Shown here: piece after piece, positions 8,839 through 18,051 of the stretch | Position numbering within the stretch: the stretch's first letter is position 1 | How the letters are laid out: each line of letters opens with the position of its first letter | NCBI GenBank assembly: GCA_963662665.2 | Contig: CAXXJS010000026.1 | Span: 1 to 50,311 of the forward strand | DNA length: 50,311 nucleotides | Direction: 5' to 3' | From: Candidatus Latescibacterota bacterium | GTDB taxonomy: Bacteria > Latescibacterota > UBA2968 > GCA-2709665 | Translations under genes and position numbers: made by a program | The notes under the pieces: model-generated | Seen by the model: the letters and a program-made list of their open reading frames with translations, nothing else | Databases searched by the model: none | What the model was told of the DNA's origin: nothing

Positions 8839-9873
8839 TTGCCTCAATCAATAAAGACACTGCTCAAATCCGGCATCGGCGTCGCGCTTGCCGCAGGATT
8901 TCTTTGGTTGGCATTTCAGGGCGTCGAGGCAGCCCAACTGTGGTCTGCCTTAAGACAAGCCAGGGTTTCCTGGCTTGTCTTAAGTGTTTTCCTGCTCTTT
9001 CTGTCGATTCTTCCTCGCGCGTGGCGTTGGCAGATCCTTTTGAAACCCATCAGTGATCGGATTTCTTTCCGGAGAGCAAGCCATGCCATCCTTGTGGGTT
9101 ATGCGGCCACCAACGTCATTTCCCGCGCCGGAGAGATCGCGCGCGGTGTCGCGCTACAAAAGGACGAGCGCCTTCCGCTGAGCGGTATTCTCGCCACCGT
9201 TCTGGTTGAACGTGCGATCGACATGCTGGCTCTCCTCACCTTCCTCGGGGGTGTTCTTCATTTTTCCAGAGATAAAATCGTCAACGCGTTCCCTTGGATG
9301 GAGGGGGTAGCGCTGCTCGCACTGTTCGCCACCGTGGGCTTTCTCCTTCTTTTCGCGCTTCTTTCCGTCTATGGTGACCGCGCATTGAATCTCATGCGTC
9401 TGCCTGTCCGGTGGATCTCCCAATCGATGGCGGACCGGCTGATTGGAATTCTCCGGTCTCTATTTCAGGGACTGGGCGGCGTTCACGCGACGTCGGGTTA
9501 TATCGGCATCCTTGTGTCCAGTATCCTTCTCAACCTGACTTACATTCTGACGTCATATGCCACATTCTTCGCGTTCGGCTTTCCTTCGCGGTACGACCTC
9601 GGTTTTTTCGACGCAGTCGTAGTCCTGGTTATATCGACCATCGGCGTGATTATCCCCACTCCGGGGGGAACCGGCGCCTACCATTATTTTTGCAGCCAGA
9701 CCCTCAATGCAGTATACAATGTACCGCTTACGGATGCCCTTGCCTACGCGACGGTGATGCATGGTCTCGCATTCGCTACCTACCTGATCGCGGGCGGTCC
9801 GGGGTTGATCCGGCTTCTGCTTGCGCGTCGTCTGAGGACAGTAGATGCCAGCGGCGTCCCGACAGAAAAGTAA
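8839..9873 (+). CDS. Lysylphosphatidylglycerol synthase TM-domain (UPF0104, flippase-like) protein
   Basis: RAWRWQILL, RAGEIAR, ERAID, PTPGGTGAYH motifs; multiple TM helices. Confidence 0.9.
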   Translation: MPQSIKTLLKSGIGVALAAGFLWLAFQGVEAAQLWSALRQARVSWLVLSVFLLFLSILPRAWRWQILLKPISDRISFRRASHAILVGYAATNVISRAGEIARGVALQKDERLPLSGILATVLVERAIDMLALLTFLGGVLHFSRDKIVNAFPWMEGVALLALFATVGFLLLFALLSVYGDRALNLMRLPVRWISQSMADRLIGILRSLFQGLGGVHATSGYIGILVSSILLNLTYILTSYATFFAFGFPSRYDLGFFDAVVVLVISTIGVIIPTPGGTGAYHYFCSQTLNAVYNVPLTDALAYATVMHGLAFATYLIAGGPGLIRLLLARRLRTVDASGVPTEK

Positions 9874-9927
9874 AAAGGCGCGAAGTTTCGTTCGCGCCCC
9901 GTCGGAGCCAGCCATTTCGCTTCGCAA

Positions 9928-10236
9928 TCAGGATTGCAGCCGATTGGACGTTTCCATTGCCGCCTCCGCTTCGTCGATAAGGCCCTTCTGCTGGTACAGC
10001 CTCGAAAGACTTGTATGTGCAAGCGGCTCTTCCGGGGCGATTCGAATCGCTTCCCGCGCGTGTAGAATCGCTTCATCGACTTTGCCCTGCCTGTCCAGCA
10101 CCTGCGCCAGACCCAGATGCCCCATGTAAAACCCGGAATCGGCTTCCAGCGCCTTCTGAAACATCTCGAAAGCACCTTCCAGGCTACCCGCGGAAATCTG
10201 CTTCAATCCCTCCCGATAGTGGTCTATGGCCGTCAT
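9928..10236 (-). CDS. Small TPR protein
   Basis: About 3 TPR motifs (FQKALEADSGF..GHLGLAQ, AREAIRIAPEEPLAHTSLS); GGGAG RBS. Confidence 0.85.
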   Translation of the reverse strand: MTAIDHYREGLKQISAGSLEGAFEMFQKALEADSGFYMGHLGLAQVLDRQGKVDEAILHAREAIRIAPEEPLAHTSLSRLYQQKGLIDEAEAAMETSNRLQS

Positions 10237-10276
10237 CTGCGTTCACTCCCGATATCCTGAGTTCAGCTGCCGTGTA

Positions 10277-10301
10277 CTAGTGTTCTGGGACAGAACACTA
10301 G
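10277..10301. repeat. 25-bp palindrome built from IS630 terminal sequence, abutting the IS end
   Basis: ctagtgttctg-gga-cagaacactag; 10285-10301 is identical to 11446-11462. Confidence 0.8.
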
Positions 10302-11386
10302 TGTCTTGTCCCATGAATTAGTTCAAAAAGTCTAGTAATCTTGTCAAGGATCGATTCTGCGGTGGCGGTCCAGACGAACGGTTGTGAGTTGGTGTTGTAA
10401 TGGTTAGTGAAATCCTGAATGTTGGCGATGAGGTCTTTCACCTTCTTGAAGGTCCCGCGTCGGATGGCTTTCTGGGTAATGATACCGAACCAGATCTCGA
10501 CTTGGTTGAGCCAAGACGCGTAGGTCGGTGTGTAGTGAACGTGATATCGGGGCCTGGCTGCGATCCAGCGTTTGATTTTTTCGTGTTTGTGCGTGGCGTA
10601 GTTGTCGACGACGAGATGAATGTCAAGGTCCTTCGGGACGTTTTGGTCGATATATTTGAGGAATTGCAGGAATTCCTGGTGTCGATGTCGGGGTTTGCAT
10701 TGGGCCAGCACCTTGCCGGAAGCGACCTCTAGTGCGGCGAACAAGGTCGTGGTGCCGTGCCGGATATAATTGTGGGTCACCCCTTCCACATAGCCCAACC
10801 CCAAAGGCAATATCGGCTGCGTTCGTTCCAATGCCTGGATCTGGCTCTTTTCGTCAACGCATAATACCATCGCGTTGTCGGGAGGGTTCAGATACAGGCC
10901 GACAATGTCACGTACCTTCTCGACAAAGAACGGATCATTGGACAGCTTGAAGTGTTTTTGCCGGTGCGGCTGTAGACCAAACGCTTTCCACACGCGCTGA
11001 ACCGTAGACTTGGACAGTTGCGTCTGGGCCGCCAGAGAGCGGCAGGTCCAATGGGTGGCTCCCGACGGCTTGTCTTTGAGCGTTGTATAAATCAGCGCGG
11101 CGATGCGCTCATCGCTGATCGACCGGGGCCCCCCGGGGCGCAATTCATCATAAAGCCCCATCAGACCTTGTTCTAAAAACCGACGGCGCCACTTCCCGAC
11201 TGTGGCTCCCGACAGACCAAGCTGTCGTCCAATCTGCTGATTCGACAGCCCTTGATCACTCATCAGAACGATCTTCGCCCGACGTACATGACTGTGCGAC
11301 ATGCTTCTTGAACGGGAAATCGTTTCCAATTGTGCCCGAACCTCATCCCCAATACTCAGTGGCGCTAACGGACGTCCCCTGGCCAT
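10298..11386 (-). CDS. IS630-family transposase
   Basis: N-terminal HTH; DDE motifs CVDEKSQIQAL, VVDNYATHK, SWLNQVEIWF; YIRHGTTTLFAAL. Confidence 0.97.
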   Translation of the reverse strand: MARGRPLAPLSIGDEVRAQLETISRSRSMSHSHVRRAKIVLMSDQGLSNQQIGRQLGLSGATVGKWRRRFLEQGLMGLYDELRPGGPRSISDERIAALIYTTLKDKPSGATHWTCRSLAAQTQLSKSTVQRVWKAFGLQPHRQKHFKLSNDPFFVEKVRDIVGLYLNPPDNAMVLCVDEKSQIQALERTQPILPLGLGYVEGVTHNYIRHGTTTLFAALEVASGKVLAQCKPRHRHQEFLQFLKYIDQNVPKDLDIHLVVDNYATHKHEKIKRWIAARPRYHVHYTPTYASWLNQVEIWFGIITQKAIRRGTFKKVKDLIANIQDFTNHYNTNSQPFVWTATAESILDKITRLFELIHGTRH

Positions 11387-11462
11387 AGATTCCTCCTTTC
11401 GCTATAAGAAATCTATGGCAAATAAACTATTTTTGCAAGTTATTCCTGGGACAGAACACTAG
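10298..11462 (-). mobile_element. IS630-family insertion sequence
   Basis: TIRs ctagtgtcttgtcccatgaat and revcomp ctagtgttctgtcccaggaat; inserted at a CTAG (TA) site. Confidence 0.93.
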
Positions 11463-14400
11463 AAATGCCCAGTCATATCAATTGAGAAATACTGGTGGGG
11501 ATGGTAGGTTTGCGCAAAATCCGTGGGCCATGCCAGATCGTACCGGAACAGGAAGTAGCCCATATTCACGCGCACCCCCAATCCGTACCCCGCGGCCATT
11601 TGCGGTTCATCCAATCCGTGCCTGGATTGCCCGTCACGGAAGTGCTGCGGCACGTTGAGCTCGAAGCCGCCGTCGCGCGCGACCCAGCCGTGTCGCCACC
11701 TGGCCCTGTCAAAAGCGCCGCCGACGTCCAGGAACAATTCTCCCTGAACGTTCTGGAAGAAGAGCGGAAGCGGCCAGCCCATCGCCAGTTCCCGGATGAG
11801 GGGGAAACGGAACGCCGCATTGGCCAAAACGTACGAATCGCCAGCCAGTTCGAACAATTCCACGCCCCGCAACGGCCAGACAAAACTGGAGAAGAATATC
11901 CGATCCTGGTTCACGTTCGCAAACGTTGAAAAATTAGGATTCACGGGATTGTTGACGCCGCCTACGAAATAGACTCTCTTGTTAGGACCGAAGCTCGTGC
12001 CGCCTGAGAGTCGAAAGGCAAACGTATATTCGCCAAGCGCGAGCATATACTGACGCAGATCCACATTGACGGCGCCAAAACGCATTCCTGCCCAGCTTCC
12101 TTCAAGGCCAAGGCGCATCCGGCGTCCGTCCACCGCCCCGAAACCGCTCATCAGCGAATTGTCGCCCACCAGCGACAGGTGGGAAACGGCAGCGCCTCGG
12201 GAATCGACTTCAGTGCCTGAAAGCCCGCGCAGGCTGCTGCCGGTGAAGCCACGCCGCACCCACCGGTTATCGTATCGCTCCCGTTCCAGTCGTTCGCGGG
12301 AAATTCTTATTACCCGTGTGCCCAGTTCCATCCTGCTGAATCGGCTGAAGGGCCGGATCAGGCTTGCTTCGGCGCCGAAGTAGCGATCGGCATTCAACTG
12401 ACCGCTGTCGAAGAAGAACAGACGCGTATGGATGGCGCTCAGATAGAAGTTGGTCTGATGTTTAAGGTTCTGGTATCCGAGGAAGAGGTCGCTGTCTTTC
12501 AGGGAGAAGCTCAGTCCTGTCTGTATGATGACGCGATGGTCGCCCATCACGTCGGTCAGCGACAACTGCACCAGGCTGCTCACACCGTAGAAGGTGTCGA
12601 AGCCCGCGTTGGCCCCGAAGAATTCCGGTTTGAGTTTCACGTTGTATTTGCTCACGGTGAACTCTTTGTTCCAGTCGCGCAGCGTCAGGTCCCTGTCGCC
12701 GTCCGTCGCCAGCGTGTCGGCGCCGTCGCCGTCGTCGTCATCGCCCCGCGCCTCGGCTGCTGCCAGCGCCATCTGATCCGACATCCACGTCTCCACCTTC
12801 CTGTCCGCCGCCGCCACCACCGCCGTGTCCTGTTCCGCACCGCCGCCGCCGCTGTCGGTTGCAGCGATGGCCTTCACCTCTTCCTGCCTGCGCTCACGCT
12901 GCAGTTCCACGAACGGACGGTCTTCGATGCCCGCCAGACGCTTCGCGTAACGCGTCAGCGGCAGATCCTCCATCCCGCGCTTCTGCTTCAGCGGGTCCTT
13001 CATCACGAAAATGTCGTATCCACCGCGGTGAAACGTGGTGAACGCCACCTTCTTGCCGTCGGCAGACCAGTCGATATACCGCGCCCCCGACAACAGATTC
13101 GTGATCGGATACGCCGGTGAGCCGTCCACGTGCGCGATGTAGATGTTGCCCACGCCCGTCCTGTCCGAGACGAACGCCAGCTTTTGCGAGTCCGGCCCCC
13201 ACGTGGGGTGGCTGTCGTTCGCATCGCTTTCCGCCACGCGGCGGATCCCGCTGCCGTCGGCACGGATCACGAACACGTCATACGTCCCGAATACGAAATC
13301 CTTCGACCCGTCATACGTCAGGTCCGCCGAAGGACGGTCCGAACTGATCGCGAGCCATTCGCCGTCGGGCGACCAGTCCAGGTGCTTCTCGTCATACGGA
13401 TCACGCGTCATGCGGCGCAGTGACTCGTCAAGCACGTTCACCACGTACACGTCCGACCACCCGTCCTTCAATCCCACGATCGCGATCTCCTTGCCGTCCG
13501 GCGACCACGTGGGCTCGAACAATCCGTCCAGATCGAACTTGAAACGCTTCGTCACGCGCTTCTTCCTCACGTCCAGCGTATACAACGTGTTCTTGTTGCG
13601 CGACTTCGCCGCAAACGCGATCTGCTTGCCGTCGGGAGACCACGTGATGCCGGGGCGCAGCACGAACAATCCCTCGAAGTCCGACGAACGCTCACCCTCC
13701 ACCAGCCGCCCCAGATCCTGGCCGTCGATCGCCGACATCAAATAGATGTCGAACGTCCCCTGACGCTCCGTCACGTACGCGATCTTGTCGCCCTGAGGGG
13801 AAAACGATGGCGCAATATTGTAAAAACCACGGCCCGCACCCGCTTCCGTCAACTGCTTCGCCACCTCCTCCGACGGGTGGTGCAGGTTGATCTCGTTCCA
13901 ATACTGACGCTTCAACCACAACTGCCACTTCTCGTCCAGCTCCTCCACACCCTCGCCCACCGACGCCTTCAGCGCCTTGTCCACGGAACGCGCAGACCGG
14001 AACGACGAGATAAACTCCGCCACCTTGTCCTTGCCATACTCCTCCTCGATCATCACGAATACCGACTGCCCGCCCTTATACGCAAACGCACCGCTCAACG
14101 CCATGATTCCGGGCACATATCCAGTGATCGTCGCGTGACGCATGAAATTGTCACCCTCACGGTCCCACCCCTCCTGCGATAAATACTCCGCCACGCCCTC
14201 CGCAATCCACAACGGCGGCAACGTCGCCGCCTGCGTCATCATCGCGCCCAGCCAACCCCCGCCCGTCCACATCTCCAGCGTCACCACGTGCGCCAGCTCG
14301 TGATGAATCACGTGACGGAAATCGCCATACGATCCCGTATACGGAATCACCACGCGACCCTGAGCAAACTCCGTAAACCCGCCCGTGAACTCCGATTGCT

Positions 14401-14704
14401 CCGTCGGCGTGATGTTCGTCACCGAAAAACCGTTGTGCGAGTTGTATATCACGATCGGATATCGGTCCTTCAACGTATACTTCAAATCACGCTCCAAATG
14501 CACCAGCGCCCGCTCAGCCTCCTTCGCCGCAAACTCCGCAGCAGGCTGAGACGCCTTGTCGAAATATACCTTGAAATGCTCCGTCTCCAGATAGTGCCAG
14601 TCGTAATCGTCATACGTTACCTTGTTCTTGCCGAAATACTCCTGACCGACAGCTATACCATAGGTGAACAAGGCTATGCCAAAGAGAAGGGGCCACCTGA
14701 GCAT
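11459..14704 (-). CDS. Omp85/BamA-TamA-family protein with an N-terminal zinc metallopeptidase (MA-like) domain and a PD40/TolB-like beta-propeller
   Basis: AAGGAG before ATG 14704; signal peptide; HELAH and WIAEGVAEY; repeated WSPDG; barrel with PLRG loop and AGYGLGVRV...FRYDLAWP; terminal F. Confidence 0.88.
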   Translation of the reverse strand: MLRWPLLFGIALFTYGIAVGQEYFGKNKVTYDDYDWHYLETEHFKVYFDKASQPAAEFAAKEAERALVHLERDLKYTLKDRYPIVIYNSHNGFSVTNITPTEQSEFTGGFTEFAQGRVVIPYTGSYGDFRHVIHHELAHVVTLEMWTGGGWLGAMMTQAATLPPLWIAEGVAEYLSQEGWDREGDNFMRHATITGYVPGIMALSGAFAYKGGQSVFVMIEEEYGKDKVAEFISSFRSARSVDKALKASVGEGVEELDEKWQLWLKRQYWNEINLHHPSEEVAKQLTEAGAGRGFYNIAPSFSPQGDKIAYVTERQGTFDIYLMSAIDGQDLGRLVEGERSSDFEGLFVLRPGITWSPDGKQIAFAAKSRNKNTLYTLDVRKKRVTKRFKFDLDGLFEPTWSPDGKEIAIVGLKDGWSDVYVVNVLDESLRRMTRDPYDEKHLDWSPDGEWLAISSDRPSADLTYDGSKDFVFGTYDVFVIRADGSGIRRVAESDANDSHPTWGPDSQKLAFVSDRTGVGNIYIAHVDGSPAYPITNLLSGARYIDWSADGKKVAFTTFHRGGYDIFVMKDPLKQKRGMEDLPLTRYAKRLAGIEDRPFVELQRERRQEEVKAIAATDSGGGGAEQDTAVVAAADRKVETWMSDQMALAAAEARGDDDDGDGADTLATDGDRDLTLRDWNKEFTVSKYNVKLKPEFFGANAGFDTFYGVSSLVQLSLTDVMGDHRVIIQTGLSFSLKDSDLFLGYQNLKHQTNFYLSAIHTRLFFFDSGQLNADRYFGAEASLIRPFSRFSRMELGTRVIRISRERLERERYDNRWVRRGFTGSSLRGLSGTEVDSRGAAVSHLSLVGDNSLMSGFGAVDGRRMRLGLEGSWAGMRFGAVNVDLRQYMLALGEYTFAFRLSGGTSFGPNKRVYFVGGVNNPVNPNFSTFANVNQDRIFFSSFVWPLRGVELFELAGDSYVLANAAFRFPLIRELAMGWPLPLFFQNVQGELFLDVGGAFDRARWRHGWVARDGGFELNVPQHFRDGQSRHGLDEPQMAAGYGLGVRVNMGYFLFRYDLAWPTDFAQTYHPHQYFSIDMTGHF

Positions 14705-14924
14705 TTGCAAGCTCCTTAATTTGTCAACATGCCCTTGTGATACCGTATCGCGCGGGAATTTGGATGGAAACATCCGCTTTTTCGTTGGAACCCGTGCCAA
14801 CGCCCGCCGAGTTCGGTACATGCGGCAGTACTATCTGTCTCAAGCGAGGTATTATTGACATCGGCGTCCGGCCCCGGAATACCGGCCTCGGACCGGATGC
14901 GATTTTTCAAAGGGCCGTTAAGTT

Positions 14925-15770
14925 TCAGCCCACAAAGAACGGGTTGTGCTCCAGTTCCTGCGCAACCGACGTGATGGGTCCGTGGCCGGGGAAGACGACG
15001 GTTTTCGAATCTCGGGACAGGACCTTTTCCATGACTGCCGTGATCTGTCCGGCATAGGCCGGGCCCAGCGCACCGCCCATGGATCCCGCAAAAAGCGCGT
15101 CGCCGGAAAAAAACACACCATCGCCTCCGTAACCGATTCCACCCGACGTATGTCCGGGAAGGCTCACCGCGTCGATGGCGATGCGCCCCACGTTTGTACG
15201 CCAGCCGTCGTCCACCAGGTCTGTCACGAGGCCGCTCAAACTTCCAAGAAGCCCGAAGTCGCGTTCGCAACAACACACCCGGGCGCCGGTTGCCTCTGCA
15301 ATTTCAGCCAGCGCGCCCACGTGGTCGACGTGCCCGTGAGTGAGCAGCACGTGGGTCACCTTCAGACGCATTCGCTCCGCCAGCGCGAGAACACGCTTCG
15401 CATGGCCGCCAGCGTCCACAATCGCGCCTTCGCCGGAAGCCTTGCACTTTAACGCATAGGCGTTCACTTCCATACCCACGTCCAGTATCTTTCGTTCAAC
15501 GGACAGTCGTTCGTCGTCGTGGGGCGCGTTTCCCCTTTTCGGCACCCATCCCTTCGCAATCCCGACCAGCTTTTCTCCATCCAGGCCCAACGCGTCGGCC
15601 AGGGCACGAATCCCGCCGTCATCAGGCGTGAGTTCGTAGGCTTCAATCCGTCCGACAGCCTCGGCGGTCAGCCCGGCCGCATCCGCAAGCGCGCTTTCCG
15701 AATGCCCCCGTCCGCGCCTGGCCTTACCGATAATATCTCCGAAAAAATCCTCAAGCGTCGTGTACGCCAC
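14925..15770 (-). CDS. MBL-fold metallo-hydrolase with an N-terminal XRE-like HTH
   Basis: THGHVDH, PGHT, FSGDALF, FPGHG motifs; N-terminal helical HTH-like segment; GTG 15770 after GGGAGG. Confidence 0.9.
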   Translation of the reverse strand: MAYTTLEDFFGDIIGKARRGRGHSESALADAAGLTAEAVGRIEAYELTPDDGGIRALADALGLDGEKLVGIAKGWVPKRGNAPHDDERLSVERKILDVGMEVNAYALKCKASGEGAIVDAGGHAKRVLALAERMRLKVTHVLLTHGHVDHVGALAEIAEATGARVCCCERDFGLLGSLSGLVTDLVDDGWRTNVGRIAIDAVSLPGHTSGGIGYGGDGVFFSGDALFAGSMGGALGPAYAGQITAVMEKVLSRDSKTVVFPGHGPITSVAQELEHNPFFVG

Positions 15771-16013
15771 GTGCCCTCCCCGTTCGCATGTCATCCGTAA
15801 TGGGCATGATCGCTTTCAAGACCATGCCAATATAATTATAATGATAGATATGAACGAGAATGTCAACTGATTTCGGCCCTCCGGCCAGGGACGTATGCCG
15901 CAGCGGCGGCGATGTCACTGTCATTTGTCGTTGCATACCGGGATTCCCTTCCATAAATTTCCGGTGAATCGGATCAGAACTGTAAAAAATCGCGTACGAG
16001 AGCGGACGATTCT

Positions 16014-16721
16014 GTGCACACGGGAAATCTGCAAGTGATTGCCAACCCGAAACAACTCGCCGGCGAACGCGCTGCCGAATTGGTGGACGACGGAATGATC
16101 GTTGGTCTGGGCACCGGTTCGACTGCGTTCTTTGCCATTCAAAGCCTGGGCGAACGCGTTCGGGCGGGCCTTCGAATTCGCGGTATTCCCACGTCCGAAC
16201 AGTCCCGAATTCAGGCGGAACGCGAAAGTATTCCCCTAATCGGCTTCTCCGATACCAACCAGGTCGACCTGACGATCGACGGCGCGGACGAGATCGATCC
16301 CGCCTTCAACCTCATCAAAGGCGGCGGCGGCGCGCTGTTTCGCGAAAAGATCGTGGCCACGGCCAGCCTTCGGGAAATCATCGTTGCAGACGAATCCAAG
16401 CTCATAAATCGCCTGGGCGATTTCCCGCTACCCGTGGAAGTCGTGCCCTTCGGCTGGGAGTTCGTACGGTTTCAGATTGAGGCCCTGGGGTGCCGCGCCA
16501 GTCTCCGTGTAATCAAGAACCGTGCATTCGTTACTGACAACGGCAACCACATCCTGGACTGCGCCTTCGGCGCCATCCACGATCCTCCGGACCTTGAACG
16601 CCGCATCGCGGCGGTTTGCGGCGTCGTCGAATCCGGACTCTTTACCGGCCTTGCCCACCGCGTCGTCATCGGAAAAGCCGACGGCACCCTCGAAGAACGC
16701 GTCAACCCCCGGCTACGGTAA
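16014..16721 (+). CDS. rpiA: Ribose-5-phosphate isomerase A
   Basis: GLGTGST, DGADE, KGGGGALFREK, PVEV, TDNGN. Confidence 0.97.
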   Translation: MHTGNLQVIANPKQLAGERAAELVDDGMIVGLGTGSTAFFAIQSLGERVRAGLRIRGIPTSEQSRIQAERESIPLIGFSDTNQVDLTIDGADEIDPAFNLIKGGGGALFREKIVATASLREIIVADESKLINRLGDFPLPVEVVPFGWEFVRFQIEALGCRASLRVIKNRAFVTDNGNHILDCAFGAIHDPPDLERRIAAVCGVVESGLFTGLAHRVVIGKADGTLEERVNPRLR

Positions 16722-16733
16722 CTGCCGGATTAA

Positions 16734-16908
16734 GGTAAGAGGTGAGCCGTGAGACGGTAGAGGAAAGACCTGAAAGCGGGGAGAGGGTAGAGGTGAGACG
16801 GTAGAAGAGGTCTTTGCCCGATTGGTTCTTCCTTTTATGCCTCCGGCAAGATAATGAAACCGAACGGGCACTCACGTCATCTCCCGTTTCCCGTCTTACG
16901 TCTCACCG
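16734..16908. repeat. Heptamer-periodic purine-rich repeats with a downstream inverted set
   Basis: ggtaaga ggtgagc cgtgaga cggtaga ... gggtaga ggtgaga cggtaga; inverted tctcccg tttcccg tcttacg tctcacc near 16880-16908. Confidence 0.65.
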
Positions 16909-16951
16909 CTTGAGGCCGCACGACGGGAAAGGTATGTAAAAGGGTCACACT

Positions 16952-17854
16952 ATGAGCATTTTCATTGATAACAATACTCGGGTTGTGGTGCAGGCGATTA
17001 CCGGCACGGAGGGCTCGTTTCACACGCGTCAGATGCTGGACTTCGGCACGCGAATAGTCGCTGGGGTTACGCCCGGCAAAGCCGGCGATCGCGTCGAGGG
17101 CGTACCGGTTTTCAACACCGTGTCCGAGGCCGTGGATGCAACCGGGGCCGACGCTTCGATCGTATTTGTGCCGGCGGCGTTTTCGGCGGACGCCATTATG
17201 GAAGCCTCTGATGCCGGTCTCGGCCTTGTCGTGTGCATCAGCGAAGGCATCCCGGTCCTGGACATGGTACGGGTTAAACACTACCTCGGTTCGCGTTCCA
17301 CCCGGCTCATCGGTCCCAACTGTCCGGGAATTATCGCTCCCGGAAAATGTAAAATCGGAATCATGCCCGCCGAAATTCACCGGAGCGGAAACGTCGGTGT
17401 CATTTCCCGCAGCGGAACCCTCACCTACGAAGCCGTCGCACAACTGACCGCCCTGGGTTTCGGTCAATCCACGTGCGTGGGTATCGGGGGAGACCCCATA
17501 ATCGGAACCAGCTTTATAGATTGTCTGGAAGCTTTCGGTGAGGATCCGGAAACCGACTGCGTCGTCATGATCGGCGAGATCGGAGGCGCCGCCGAAGAAC
17601 AGGCCGCCGACTACGTGAAGGGTTCTTTCCGGAAGCCCGTCGTGGGGTTCATCGCCGGCCAGACCGCGCCTCCCGGCAGGCGCATGGGTCACGCCGGCGC
17701 CATTATTTCAGGCGGCAAGGGCACGGCCGAAGAAAAGGTGGCGGCCCTGGCCGCCGCGGGTATTCGGGTCTGCAGCAGCCCGGCCGAAATCGGAGAAACA
17801 GTACTTGAGGTCCTGGGCGACGGAACTGAACCGGCAACGGCCCGGACAGCCTGA
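16952..17854 (+). CDS. sucD: Succinyl-CoA synthetase alpha subunit
   Basis: [33 protein letters not shown], active-site RMGHAGA. Confidence 0.98.
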   Translation: MSIFIDNNTRVVVQAITGTEGSFHTRQMLDFGTRIVAGVTPGKAGDRVEGVPVFNTVSEAVDATGADASIVFVPAAFSADAIMEASDAGLGLVVCISEGIPVLDMVRVKHYLGSRSTRLIGPNCPGIIAPGKCKIGIMPAEIHRSGNVGVISRSGTLTYEAVAQLTALGFGQSTCVGIGGDPIIGTSFIDCLEAFGEDPETDCVVMIGEIGGAAEEQAADYVKGSFRKPVVGFIAGQTAPPGRRMGHAGAIISGGKGTAEEKVAALAAAGIRVCSSPAEIGETVLEVLGDGTEPATARTA

Positions 17855-17894
17855 TTCGGCTTCGGTACCGACTTGAGAATGTGTTACAAATGTG

Positions 17895-17923
17895 TTGACA
17901 ATTGAAGAATTGTTAATTATCTT
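17895..17923 (+). promoter_or_regulatory. Sigma70 promoter of the OMP-TBDR-CTD-PorV operon
   Basis: TTGACA-17 nt-TATCTT in an AT-rich stretch; aatgtgtt direct repeats run into the -35. Confidence 0.7.
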
Positions 17924-18051
17924 CTGTCGAATACCCTGCCCTTGTGTTCTTAATTACGAGCCTTTACGTTTCAACGGGCGGCTTATGTTAAATTGCTACC
18001 GCGTAGTTAATTGTTTCAAGTACGACAGGTTTGAAGCAGGAGAGGGTTAAC

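Noticed and set aside
11459-14704. Calling this gene bamA or tolB
   Set aside because: No POTRA domains and no tol-pal context; it is a distinct fusion.
16734-16810. Repeats considered as a CRISPR array
   Set aside because: Units are 7 bp and degenerate with no spacers; no cas genes.
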